A DNA stretch of 64,000 bases, from the IMG/VR virus record IMGVR_UViG_2839610755_000002; one strand, given 5' to 3'. The position numbers were made by a program, and so were the translations under genes. This DNA comes from a virus (Duplodnaviria > Heunggongvirae > Uroviricota > Caudoviricetes). Each line of letters begins with the position of its first letter. Positions within the stretch are counted from its first letter, which is position 1. The notes beneath the pieces were generated by a model. That model was given only the letters and a program-made list of their open reading frames with translations. It did no database searches and was not told where the DNA came from. Of this stretch, positions 46,854-56,426 are shown one piece after another.

Positions 46854-46899
46854 AAGCGGTATCGTAAAAATCAATACAATCGCAATCATATGAATAGAA

Positions 46900-47898
46900 T
46901 CAATCATTACCGCGCGACGGTTTCTGCGTGATAAACGTTTCAAGCATCTTTTCCGCAATTGCCGACCAGGTGTGACACTGGACCTTTTCAGCATTTTTCA
47001 CGCGATCAACGCGAGCAATAACCTCATCCCAATCAATCCGCGACTTGATAACCATATGGTTCACCAAAGCCAGGCGATCTGGCGGAAGGCAATCTGGCGG
47101 CGTTAATATCAACGCCCCACACATTGCCGCCTCAAGAACAGTTAATCCAAGGCTTTCGGGATGCGTAACGATAAAAACGTCACTCTTACGCAATTCAGCT
47201 GCAAATTCGGTTGCTGGTACCGGCGTCCGTCTGTATGGAGTTACCGAAATATTCCCCGGATCAATGGTAACCAATCCGTCATCGGTCAACGTTCTGGCCT
47301 CATACGGAACGGGCAGACGCTGAAGGTTCATAAGGATACTTAAGGAGTGATCAAACCCACTAACATCAAATGCAGCGTGGTCTACAAAAATACGCAGAAC
47401 ATCGTCTGTCTTGGTTTCCAGATGGAACAGTTCCTGATTCGCTGCCCATCCAACATGTTTGTTAAAGCGATTATGACGCTCTAACCTGCCGGGATTATCC
47501 AGGTACCGCCAGGTATCATCGCGGACAGTAAAAGTAATATCGACTGGTGCCGAATCCAGCATAGAACCGTCATATACCTGGGCTACCCATCCAGAGAATC
47601 GGCGACACAGTTGCATGCCTATTTCCCTGGGTACCGTAGTAAAATACCTCAATCCTGGTGCCAAAATGGCCTTCGCAGAACATGCGGTCGCAGCAGTCAA
47701 CACAGCTTCAACATAATCCTCCGGGCTTTCGACGCCAGGGGAATATGGACGATGGTATTGCAATGTTACCCCTGCCTCACTAAAGGCGCAGGCCAGGTTA
47801 TAAGCCCACATTTCCGTATATGTTTTCACATCACTGATGGCTTCAAATTTTCGCCCAATGATCAGGATGTTCATCGGCTTTTCCTCATTCCATTGCAT
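46900..47898 (-). CDS. GT-B-fold glycosyltransferase-like protein
   Basis: C-terminal HPESLGLTVLEAAMCGALIL resembles the GT1/GT4 E-x7-E region; immediately downstream of ban. Confidence 0.5.
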   Translation of the reverse strand: MQWNEEKPMNILIIGRKFEAISDVKTYTEMWAYNLACAFSEAGVTLQYHRPYSPGVESPEDYVEAVLTAATACSAKAILAPGLRYFTTVPREIGMQLCRRFSGWVAQVYDGSMLDSAPVDITFTVRDDTWRYLDNPGRLERHNRFNKHVGWAANQELFHLETKTDDVLRIFVDHAAFDVSGFDHSLSILMNLQRLPVPYEARTLTDDGLVTIDPGNISVTPYRRTPVPATEFAAELRKSDVFIVTHPESLGLTVLEAAMCGALILTPPDCLPPDRLALVNHMVIKSRIDWDEVIARVDRVKNAEKVQCHTWSAIAEKMLETFITQKPSRGND

Positions 47899-49268
47899 TA
47901 ATAATCCTCTTGCCAGTCAGCACCGGCATAGTTATCAAACCGTGAGTATTGGCCGTTAAAAGCCAATCTCACCGTGCCAATTGGGCCATTTCGTTGCTTT
48001 CCGATAATTACCTCGGCAATGCCCTTCATTTCGCTATCCGGGTGATAAACTTCGTCGCGATACAGAAACATGATCAGGTCTGCGTCCTGCTCAATTGCTC
48101 CTGATTCACGTAAATCTGAATTTACCGGTCGTTTGTCCGCACGCTGTTCAAGCGATCGATTAAGTTGTGACAATGCCACCACCGGTACTTGTAATTCCTT
48201 CGCCAAAGCCTTCAGTGAGCGAGAAATCTCGGCAATTTCCAGCGTTCGGTTATCTTGCAGCTCGGGGACGCGCATAAGTTGCAGGTAGTCGATCATAATC
48301 ATGCTCAAACCACCATTTTCTTTATAAACACGACGAGCGCGGGAACGAAGCTCTGTAGGTGTCAGGGCGCTTGAGTCATCAATAAAAATATTCTGCTTGT
48401 CCAACAGAATCCCCATTGCGCCAGAAACCCGCGCCCAATCCTCGTCGTTAAGTTGCCCTGTTCGAATACGAGTCTGATCAACGCGTGCAAGAGAAGCCAG
48501 TGAGCGCATCATCAGTTGGTGGCTCGGCATCTCAAGGCTAAAAACCAATACGGGCTTATCGTTACGGACTGCGGCATTTTCGACGAGATTCATCGCAAAC
48601 GTAGTCTTCCCCATCGATGGGCGGGCGGCGACAATAATGAGATCGGACGCCTGAAGTCCTGCCGTCTTCTTATTGAGATCGGTAAATCCGGTATCAAGCC
48701 CCGTTACACCATCATGCGGTCGCTGAAACAACTCTTCTATGCGAGATACCGTTGCATCGAGAATGCTGGCGATATCTTTTGGACCACTACCGCTCTTTTG
48801 TCGTTTTTCAGCTATTTCAAAAACGCGGCGCTCGGCCATATCCAGCAATTCATTGCTGCCCCTGCCATCCTGCGCATATCCAGCTTCAGCTATTTCATTT
48901 GCGACGGAAATCATTTCACGAACAACCGCGCGTTCACGAACGATATCCGCATAAGCACAAATATTTGCCGCGCTGGGCGTGTTCTTTGACATCTCCGCAA
49001 GGTACGCAAAACCACCGGCGCGTTCTAATTTACCGTTCTGTTCAAGTGCTTCAGCAAGTGTTATCAAATCAATCGGTTTGCCATGACTTAATAACCTCTC
49101 CATCTCACTGAAAATTTCACGATGAGCACTGGTATAAAAATCATCAGCAACTATACGATCTGCAACTTCATCCCAGCGGCAGTTATCAAGCATTAAGCCA
49201 CCAAGTACAGCTTGTTCTGCACTAAGGGAATTTGGCATGGATTCAAGAGGGGATGCAGACATTAGCAC
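47898..49268 (-). CDS. ban: Ban, DnaB-family replicative helicase
   Basis: 456 aa with DnaB-like N-terminus (SAEQAVLGGLMLD) and Walker A (ARPSMGKTTFAMN). Confidence 0.85.
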   Translation of the reverse strand: MLMSASPLESMPNSLSAEQAVLGGLMLDNCRWDEVADRIVADDFYTSAHREIFSEMERLLSHGKPIDLITLAEALEQNGKLERAGGFAYLAEMSKNTPSAANICAYADIVRERAVVREMISVANEIAEAGYAQDGRGSNELLDMAERRVFEIAEKRQKSGSGPKDIASILDATVSRIEELFQRPHDGVTGLDTGFTDLNKKTAGLQASDLIIVAARPSMGKTTFAMNLVENAAVRNDKPVLVFSLEMPSHQLMMRSLASLARVDQTRIRTGQLNDEDWARVSGAMGILLDKQNIFIDDSSALTPTELRSRARRVYKENGGLSMIMIDYLQLMRVPELQDNRTLEIAEISRSLKALAKELQVPVVALSQLNRSLEQRADKRPVNSDLRESGAIEQDADLIMFLYRDEVYHPDSEMKGIAEVIIGKQRNGPIGTVRLAFNGQYSRFDNYAGADWQEDY

Positions 49269-49542
49269 TCCACCCAGGCGTGCTGAATGTCAGATATAAT
49301 CGGCATACTCAAATCACTCCTAACGATATGAGTCATCACCAGAAAATCAGGATTAATGCGCCGGACTCTTCCCGGCTGTCACACCGAATCGCCAGGATGG
49401 TGAATCCGCAGTCCGACGCTATGAACGGGGCTTGCACATTCCGGCTACCTGGTTTGTTGCCTGAGCTAGGGGAAAGGTTACCCCTTTAACGTCACCAGAC
49501 CGCTAACGACGCATGTGCCAGACGCCGTGTTACAACCAAATA

Positions 49543-49618
49543 TGGTGGCCCCTACCGGACTTGAACCGGTGACCGTGCGATTATGAGTCGCCAGCTCTAA
49601 CCACTGAGCTAAAGGGCC
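49543..49618 (-). tRNA. tRNA with CAU anticodon (Ile2/Met-type; ileX-like acceptor stem)
   Basis: Hand-folded cloverleaf: acceptor GGCCCTT/AGGGGCC, anticodon loop CTCATAA, T-loop TTCAAGT, encoded CCA; coordinates approximate. Confidence 0.7.
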
Positions 49619-49645
49619 GGATTACTGCCAATTTTGCTTACGCTT

Positions 49646-50473
49646 TTATTTCACCGGAACAAACGGAACAGCGGTATTACTGGTCATATACTGCGGTAAT
49701 GTACCGTTCCATTTGTTGATCGCTTCCAAGTCCATAACACCGGGGTTCTGGCGCAGAGCTTCACCACGTAAACGAATGGCATCAGCTTCGGCCTGGGCTT
49801 TTGTGCGAATAGCATCAGCCTGTCCGGCAGCTTCCGCGCGCAGCATGTTGGCCTCTGCTTCACGTTGTTTGACCTCTTGCTCGCGTTGCAGGGTTTTTTG
49901 GTTTGCCGTGACTTTGGCGTTAATACTGTCAATAACTGTTGGCGGGTATTCTGGCTTACCTACATAAGAGAGGCTCATCACCTGAATGCCGATTGGCGTC
50001 ATTTCTTCCTGAATGTCTTTAAGGGCTGCATCAAGCAATTCAGATTTGCCACCGTCGATAAATTTGTCGGTGGTCATTTTGCTGGCTAATCGGTTCAGAG
50101 CATCTGCAACCTTCTGGCGTAGATCGGTATCAGTAATATCATCTACACCTTTGCGATAGGTCTGAAATACCGTTGTGACTTTTGCTGGATCAACCTTGTA
50201 GGCTACGCCGATGTGGTAACCAATGGTTGTTCCGTCGCTCATCTGGAAGCTGAACGGCTCATCGTATGTCTTCATTTGCTTAAAGGTCGGGAAGATATAA
50301 ACTTCAGTATTCAAGCCTGTCCAGTAGCGACCAACGCCAACTACTTCACCGATACCTTTATCATCCCCCAGCTTATTTACTTTGATCCCTACGTTACCTG
50401 GCTCTACCCGATCGCATCCGGTCAGACATAAAGAACCCAAAATAATCGCTGCACTAATCAACGTTTTTTTCAT
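49646..50473 (-). CDS. SPFH/band-7 family lipoprotein (Plp-like)
   Basis: Signal peptide with lipobox LTGC, then a prohibitin-like domain and Ala/Glu-rich coiled coil. Confidence 0.55.
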   Translation of the reverse strand: MKKTLISAAIILGSLCLTGCDRVEPGNVGIKVNKLGDDKGIGEVVGVGRYWTGLNTEVYIFPTFKQMKTYDEPFSFQMSDGTTIGYHIGVAYKVDPAKVTTVFQTYRKGVDDITDTDLRQKVADALNRLASKMTTDKFIDGGKSELLDAALKDIQEEMTPIGIQVMSLSYVGKPEYPPTVIDSINAKVTANQKTLQREQEVKQREAEANMLRAEAAGQADAIRTKAQAEADAIRLRGEALRQNPGVMDLEAINKWNGTLPQYMTSNTAVPFVPVK

Positions 50474-50690
50474 TAATTAATTTCCTGGTTTTTTCACGAA
50501 AAAAGACTACTGCGAAAGCCGGGTAAATGAGCGCGAGAAGGACTCCCAACAATACAAGTATTGTGCTGTTAGATGAGATCATATTTGGCAAAAGCCAAAC
50601 ATACAGAACCAGTGACACAATCAAACAGAGGACGGCATAAATATATAACCGCACCCATAGCGTTCGACATTTGTTCGGATTGTTCTGCAT
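50454..50690 (-). CDS. small membrane protein (Upl-like)
   Basis: 78 aa with two hydrophobic helices, overlapping the plp-like start. Confidence 0.4.
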   Translation of the reverse strand: MQNNPNKCRTLWVRLYIYAVLCLIVSLVLYVWLLPNMISSNSTILVLLGVLLALIYPAFAVVFFREKTRKLINEKNVD

Positions 50691-51563
50691 CCTCTCACTC
50701 CATTATTTAACGAATAAAAAAGCTGCGGTGCCGGGTTCCTCCCGGTGTCCTTTGGCTGGTTATCCACCGTGGACGTGGAAACAAGGAGAAATAATGGACA
50801 GATATAACCATTTCCCCGCGTGCGCTTAGCCGCATTCACCGCAACGGAAAGAGCATTCTTGGTGGACCTGTAGATTGGGATATGAACCCGTTACAGGAGA
50901 ATGCTCTTACCTGTTACGTGCTCCGTTTCGTGGAGCTAACGGCGGGTGATCAGACCGCACCAGACTGGACTTATTTCAGCGTTATGCTCATGCCAGAGAA
51001 TCAAACTGTGATGGTCGGTGCTGAACTCCGACACAGGGTTGTAGCAAGCCCCGCAAAGCGCGCACTACTGTAGTTGCGGCACATCAGCCTGTGCATTCAC
51101 CACAATGTTGAGAACACTGGTTGTCACGCGGCAACGCAACATTTATTCGTAGATTGGGATATGACCCCGTTACGCCAGTGTTCTCAACGTTGTAGTTGTT
51201 ATGCGTATTCTCTTACTAACCGCACACCAATACATTTCCCATCACGTTCATTTGTCTCGAAACGTGAATACTTAAGTTCGCCGTTAATAATCGCTGTTAC
51301 AACCCGTATCCCGTTAAACGCCCACATATTTCGCTCCATTTACACACATTACCAGTCGCCGGTTACGGTTCCGGCCAGGCCTCTTCCTCAACGGGGTGTT
51401 CTCCATACGGACTACCGTTTATTGGTCGTTCCTGCGGTTTATGTTGTGAAGCCAGATGCTTATCTTCTGGTTGCTTCTAAGATCTGCACTTCATCACAAC
51501 GGTAAGAGCACTCGATGCATTTAAGCCAGGCCCCATAAGGGAGAATGCTCTTACCTGTTATGT

Positions 51564-51639
51564 TGGTGCCGATTAACGGGATCGAACCGCTGACCATTCG
51601 CTTACAAAGCGACTGCTCTACCAACTGAGCTAAATCGGC
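51564..51639 (-). tRNA. tRNA-Thr (UGU)
   Basis: Hand-folded: acceptor GCCGATT/AATCGGC, anticodon loop TTTGTAA, T-loop TTCGATC, encoded CCA; coordinates approximate. Confidence 0.8.
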
Positions 51640-51643
51640 AATG

Positions 51644-51730
51644 TGGTGGGGAGTGATGGAGTCGAACCACCCGAGTCGCAATGACAGTAGATTTACAGTC
51701 TACCCCGCTACCCCTACGGACTAACTCCCC
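51644..51730 (-). tRNA. putative class II tRNA, Tyr-like (GUA anticodon, long variable arm)
   Basis: 87 nt: acceptor GGGGAGT/ACTCCCC, anticodon arm GTAGA-CTGTAAA-TCTAC, 15-nt variable arm, T-arm GGTGG-TTCGACT-CCATC, CCA. D-arm pairing is irregular. Confidence 0.45.
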
Positions 51731-51735
51731 TAAAG

Positions 51736-51810
51736 TGGCGATGGTGGGTGGATTCGAACTACCGACCAGTTGGTTAACAGCCAACTGCTCTACCGCTGAG
51801 CTACACCATC
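51736..51810 (-). tRNA. tRNA-Asn (GUU)
   Basis: Hand-folded: acceptor GATGGTG/CACCATC, anticodon arm GTTGG-CTGTTAA-CCAAC, T-loop TTCGAAT, CCA; coordinates approximate. Confidence 0.75.
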
Positions 51811-52273
51811 ACTTGCCGGGTACGTCTCCGGCGAGGGCTTCCACCTCCGTATGCTTTTCGGCGCACCGCGCCCTGGCTGCAATTCGGTAACAGGGGATGC
51901 ATAACCCTGGCTTCCAGCGTGATTAGCGCCTTCAGCATGACGGGATATACCCGTAAATTCGTGGAACTGTACCCAAAGTGCTGTTAAGCACCGCTGTTAC
52001 GCTGAAAAGAAAACGCAACAGGAAAGGACGCTGACCAACAGATGGCCCCTTCTCGTTCATCTGGTTAATCACACCAGCGCCCTTACCTGTTGTGCCTCCC
52101 CGTTCCCTAATACACAGACGGGGACACTCTGCGGTCGATTTTTTGACGGGGGACGACTCATACCCCATGGCATCTGGCTTCTTAGGCCGCTACCATCATC
52201 AGATCATCGTTTGCATTTACTTTAATGGTCAGTTTCTAAACCGCCGCAAAGTCGCTAACCATGACGAAAACCC

Positions 52274-52301
52274 TGAAAAAAACGCCCACCCGAAGATGGG
52301 C
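52274..52301 (-). terminator. intrinsic terminator downstream of dmt (GCCCATC-TTCG-GGTGGGC then T7)
   Basis: 7-bp stem with a UUCG tetraloop and a run of 7 T on the minus strand, about 190 nt after the dmt stop. Confidence 0.6.
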
Positions 52302-52475
52302 AAACTGGACGCTCGTAACGCACTTCGGCGTTGCCACTTAGGCGCATGGTCAACCTGGCAACTCGGTGGTTTGTCTGGGAGGACTAGGCCCAGCCATGCT
52401 TACCGCCGCGCCTGTCGCGGCTAACAGCTAAATCGCTCTATAAATCACGATTCATTGAGGTGATATTACACTAAT

Positions 52476-52492
52476 AAATTTATTAGAGCAAT
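52476..52492. promoter_or_regulatory. C1 operator, perfect consensus match, overlapping the dmt stop codon
   Basis: AAATTTATTAGAGCAAT is the exact reverse complement of ATTGCTCTAATAAATTT; preceded by ACACTAATAAATTT giving a near-palindromic double site. Confidence 0.7.
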
Positions 52493-55400
52493 ATACCCAA
52501 AACGTCATGAGCTACACCTCGAGTGTCCCCCTTACAAGACACAGAACGTCTGGCAAAAAGAGGTTCCACTCTGAAGCCACTGTCATGATAAAGCTCTCTG
52601 ATGTTTGGCGCGCCACTGTTAGTAATGAGAACCTTTGCACCTCGACGATGAGCATCCGTCAACAGAGACACCAGGCGTTTTTGCTCTTCAAACTTAAAGT
52701 CATGACCGGAATAGTTCGTGAATCCCTCTGTATTTGGAAGCGGTTCATACGGCGGATCGCAAAAGATGACATCTCCTTCTCCGGCAGCTTCAATCACCGC
52801 TGCAAAATCACCGCATACAAACTCAGACCGCCCTTCCGCACCGAGGAAGGCTTCCATCTCCTGTAATGGGAAATACGGAGTTTTATACTTCCCATAACCG
52901 ACATTGAACTCACCGGCCTGGTTGTAACGCGTCAATCCGTTAAAACAATGTCGGTTCAGGAACAAAAACGCCGCTGCGCGATGTAAATCATCATAGACTT
53001 GTTTGTTAAACGCATTCCGTACTGCCAGGTATCCTTCCTGTGTGTTGTAGTCCTGGAAGAAACGATGTGCCAGAGTGATAAGTGAATGCGCCTCGCGTTG
53101 CAGAGTCTTGTAAAAGTTAATCAGGTCAGCATTCACATCATTTAGCAGATTTTCCTGGTATCCGGCATTCATGAAGACAGCTCCGCCACCAACGAAAGGT
53201 TCAATCAGGCGCTTCCCTTCTGGCAAATAGCGAAAGATTTGTTCCAGAACACCAAATTTTCCACCAGCCCATTTGAATATGGACCGTTCGAATTCTGCCG
53301 CTGGTTTAACTTTTCGCTCTTTTGTTTCACTTCCTTCTTTCTGCCGACATACGGCCTTAGTAATCCGATCGCCAATCCAGCGCATTACTGGTATTGCCAT
53401 ACTATTGCCGATCGCTTTGTAACGCGGTCCGTCAGCTGCAAGCATTGCGGCCTCTTCTTCGCTTAAATCTGGATAGTGATTGTGCAGATATGCCAGTTCA
53501 TCTGAATTAACTTTTTTACGCTTTTCCGTAGGGATCAACGTATGCCAATCAGGAAAACCTTGCAGCCTTTCACATTCGACAGGGGTAAGACGGCGCATTC
53601 TACCGTCGCCGAGCAATACAATTGGTGCTTCATGGTTACATGTCAAAGTTGGTGCCGAATTATCGGTTTTTATCTCAGCCCCTCCTTGCCCATGTGCCAT
53701 GGCAATTATGTTTGTATCATCGCAAGTTCTGATAGCGATGTTTGAAGTATATCTGGTAGTTTCCTTCCCCTCGCCTCTGCTCGGCGCAATATTCCGGCGC
53801 ACGCCTTCGAACTCAAAAAGTACCGTTGCGGGATCGAGATCTGTTCGAGCACTTGCGACAACAAACACGCGTCGGCGTCGTTGTGCCACTCCGAAGTATT
53901 GGGCATCAAGGATTCTCCAGGCCACTTTTCGCTGCGGTCCATAAATACAACCACACTGCGGCCACTTTGGAACATGGCAACCGGTTTTGCCATCCCACCG
54001 CCAGAACGCGTTGCTTTTTCCTGATTCAGGTCGATCACCTGGTTCAAATGGCACATCTTCTCCAGCCAATCCGGCAAGGAAACATCCGAAGGCGTTATCT
54101 GCCGATGACAAGACTCCTGGGACATTTTCCCAGACGATAACGGCTGGTTTGAGAAATGACTCAGCCCGTTTGTCGTCAATTGCATTTGCAAGCTCCACAT
54201 ACTTTAAAGTTAGCGCGCCACGCTCATCATCAAGCCCACCACGTAATCCCGCGATACTGAATGCCTGACAGTTATGGACCACCGCACCATTGAGGATATA
54301 GGAATGATCACCTTCGACTTCTATGTTGTATACAGTATCTAGGCCTACCGATTTAAACTCTTTGACTGTTCGTAAAAGCATTCCATGAGCCAATCTTGAT
54401 TTACGTGACAATTTCTGCGGGCAGATTGTTACCTGATAATAATTCCGTTGATTTACCACGCGATCCTCGATCACTTTTTTGGGCTCAACTTCAATAAAGC
54501 TGACCGAAGAAACATAACCACAAGTCTGTGACAACCCCGCAACGCCCCAAGCAAGCGCAGAACTAACACTATTAATTCTAAATCCCGCTTTACCACTTGG
54601 TGTCCCATCAGTATCAAGATAGCCTTGTAAAAACACATGACGCAATGGATGCGACATCACCCATGCAGGGATACGCTTAGCATGGCTTAACTCGCCAAAA
54701 TGTTCATTAAGCCAATTGGCATAACACGTATCATTCAAGGTTACTTTGATGCTCCCTCGGATTTCGCTTGCCACGGAAAATATGTTTTCTGGTATGCGGC
54801 AATGAAACTTTCTCAATTTCTGGCAATTTATGCCAAAAACAACCGCCTTCTTAGATTTACCTCTCCATCTCCTAATATATCCATCGCCAACATAAGCGCC
54901 CGCAAGATACATAGCCTGTTCTTCAGACAAGAACCGAGAACAAATATCTGGAAATGCAATATTGAAATTAGTTAGAGCGCACCATTGATATCCCGGCATA
55001 TCACATGCTGCTCGCCATTCCGGTTCAGACAACAACTCTCTCTTAAAATATGTGCCATTTTTCCGGGTGTTTTGGGCTTTCCACCGAACAGCCAGGAAGG
55101 GATGGTCATTGGTTGTTCTTATACCTAAAGGCTGCCCAACGGCATTAAGTAACCCCGTATTAGCTATTTTTGAACCAACTCTTTTTACTTGTTGTAACCG
55201 CCCGAGATGACTGACTACGTAATCACCAGGGCAAACATTTTCTATTGGTTTATAGCCATTTTTACAAAGAACCATATGCCCCGCGGTAAAACATGGTGTT
55301 CCCCCGACGAGCACGTCAGGGGATTCGATTTCCCCAGCCAAGACTTTTTTGGCAAGTTTTTTCATGTCGCCAAGGTTGGCAACATGGGGCCAGCGGAGCG

Positions 55401-55524
55401 CAAGAACGGCCGATGGAAAAGGCTCGATTTCAGCAAACCACGCCGGACGCATACCCAACGGTTCCCAGGCAATACTCGCGGCTTCAATTCCACTGCAAAC
55501 AGATCCATAGCACAGCTCTTTCAC
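52483..55524 (-). CDS. dmt: Dmt bifunctional DNA methyltransferase (N-terminal C5-cytosine MTase interrupted by an intein; C-terminal Dam-like N6-adenine MTase)
   Basis: C5 motifs I ([11 protein letters not shown]), IV (GGTP|CQAFSIAG, split by the intein) and VI (VIVWENVPG); Dam-like KWAGGK and DPPY in the C-terminal half. Confidence 0.8.
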   Translation of the reverse strand: MKELCYGSVCSGIEAASIAWEPLGMRPAWFAEIEPFPSAVLALRWPHVANLGDMKKLAKKVLAGEIESPDVLVGGTPCFTAGHMVLCKNGYKPIENVCPGDYVVSHLGRLQQVKRVGSKIANTGLLNAVGQPLGIRTTNDHPFLAVRWKAQNTRKNGTYFKRELLSEPEWRAACDMPGYQWCALTNFNIAFPDICSRFLSEEQAMYLAGAYVGDGYIRRWRGKSKKAVVFGINCQKLRKFHCRIPENIFSVASEIRGSIKVTLNDTCYANWLNEHFGELSHAKRIPAWVMSHPLRHVFLQGYLDTDGTPSGKAGFRINSVSSALAWGVAGLSQTCGYVSSVSFIEVEPKKVIEDRVVNQRNYYQVTICPQKLSRKSRLAHGMLLRTVKEFKSVGLDTVYNIEVEGDHSYILNGAVVHNCQAFSIAGLRGGLDDERGALTLKYVELANAIDDKRAESFLKPAVIVWENVPGVLSSADNAFGCFLAGLAGEDVPFEPGDRPESGKSNAFWRWDGKTGCHVPKWPQCGCIYGPQRKVAWRILDAQYFGVAQRRRRVFVVASARTDLDPATVLFEFEGVRRNIAPSRGEGKETTRYTSNIAIRTCDDTNIIAMAHGQGGAEIKTDNSAPTLTCNHEAPIVLLGDGRMRRLTPVECERLQGFPDWHTLIPTEKRKKVNSDELAYLHNHYPDLSEEEAAMLAADGPRYKAIGNSMAIPVMRWIGDRITKAVCRQKEGSETKERKVKPAAEFERSIFKWAGGKFGVLEQIFRYLPEGKRLIEPFVGGGAVFMNAGYQENLLNDVNADLINFYKTLQREAHSLITLAHRFFQDYNTQEGYLAVRNAFNKQVYDDLHRAAAFLFLNRHCFNGLTRYNQAGEFNVGYGKYKTPYFPLQEMEAFLGAEGRSEFVCGDFAAVIEAAGEGDVIFCDPPYEPLPNTEGFTNYSGHDFKFEEQKRLVSLLTDAHRRGAKVLITNSGAPNIRELYHDSGFRVEPLFARRSVSCKGDTRGVAHDVLGILL
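54271..55293 (-). other. intein (341 aa) with LAGLIDADG homing-endonuclease domain inside dmt
   Basis: Starts with Cys (CFTAGHMVL), has TTNDHPF (block B-like), [12 protein letters not shown] and [11 protein letters not shown], ends ...NGAVVHN followed by Cys; excision restores [12 protein letters not shown]. Confidence 0.7.
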
Positions 55525-56426
55525 TGCTTAGCCTCTCCGCCAAGGGCATTTACCAGAGCATCAACCAGGCACGAAATTTCACTGGTCAACAGGAAGAAAT
55601 CTGCGTCCAGTCGCTGCGCAACATCTTCACTATCAATATCAGAGTTCTGCTCAAGCAATTCATCCGCAAATTTGACGCTGGTAAGGCTGAAGTTATGGTC
55701 CAGTGTAAATTTAATGCGGTTCTGCCAGTCGAGTGCCAACTTAGTGACGAGCTTGCCAGCTTCCAGGTGTGTGGAAATTTCATCGCTTCCCAAATCCTGC
55801 TTTTTCACTCGGGCAATACCGCCATCCTCAAGCACTGCCTTAAGTTCTGCCGCATCCCCCATTTGAAATCCCTGTGGAGCACTACCATCACGTACCCAGT
55901 CGGTCAGCGTTAATTCAATGGGATTTTCAACACTCAGGGGAACAGCAGGAAGAGAACCCAGAGACTTACGCATAAGCGCGAGCATATCCTCTGCCTGCCG
56001 CGCGCTGGCATTGATATAGATACGTTTAGTTGAACCGTCGTAGATCGCCTGGATAACAGAAAACTTTGAAAAAGCCCGTGGCAGAAGAGAATGCAGAACT
56101 TCGTCTTTCAGGGAGTCCTTCTCTGTTTTCTTCAGTTTACGCGCTTGTTCTTGCTGAAGTTTTTCAATTTTTTCTTGAATAGCTCGCTGGATAACCGGCG
56201 GGGGAAGAATTTTTGTTTCGCGCTTTGCTTCAACAAGGATAAAACCATTTCCATGCATAGCGATAACTTCAGAATTATCACCAAATGGCGATACAAAACC
56301 GAACTTGGCCATATCCTGACTACCGCATGGCGTGAAAAGGATCATTTTCTTTTTATCTTCTAAGTCGGTCAGATCCGCCTCACGAGAAAGTTTATAAATA
56401 GTAATGTTTTTCCAGTGCTTAAACAT
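55521..56426 (-). CDS. hrdC: HrdC, RdgC-like recombination-associated protein
   Basis: Internal start [13 protein letters not shown] resembles the RdgC N-terminus (recalled); about 301 aa. Confidence 0.6.
   Translation of the reverse strand: MFKHWKNITIYKLSREADLTDLEDKKKMILFTPCGSQDMAKFGFVSPFGDNSEVIAMHGNGFILVEAKRETKILPPPVIQRAIQEKIEKLQQEQARKLKKTEKDSLKDEVLHSLLPRAFSKFSVIQAIYDGSTKRIYINASARQAEDMLALMRKSLGSLPAVPLSVENPIELTLTDWVRDGSAPQGFQMGDAAELKAVLEDGGIARVKKQDLGSDEISTHLEAGKLVTKLALDWQNRIKFTLDHNFSLTSVKFADELLEQNSDIDSEDVAQRLDADFFLLTSEISCLVDALVNALGGEAKQ

Noticed and set aside
50882-51505. ORFs 50882..51073 and 51074..51505 downstream of the tRNA cluster
   Set aside because: They span a repeat-rich region with tRNA-like fragments and have no ribosome-binding site or recognisable protein features; more likely non-coding.
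51932-52424. ORFs 51932..52168 (minus) and 52092..52424 (plus) between dmt and the tRNA cluster
   Set aside because: They lie across the dmt terminator and a probable tRNA promoter region and have no coding signals; treated as non-coding.
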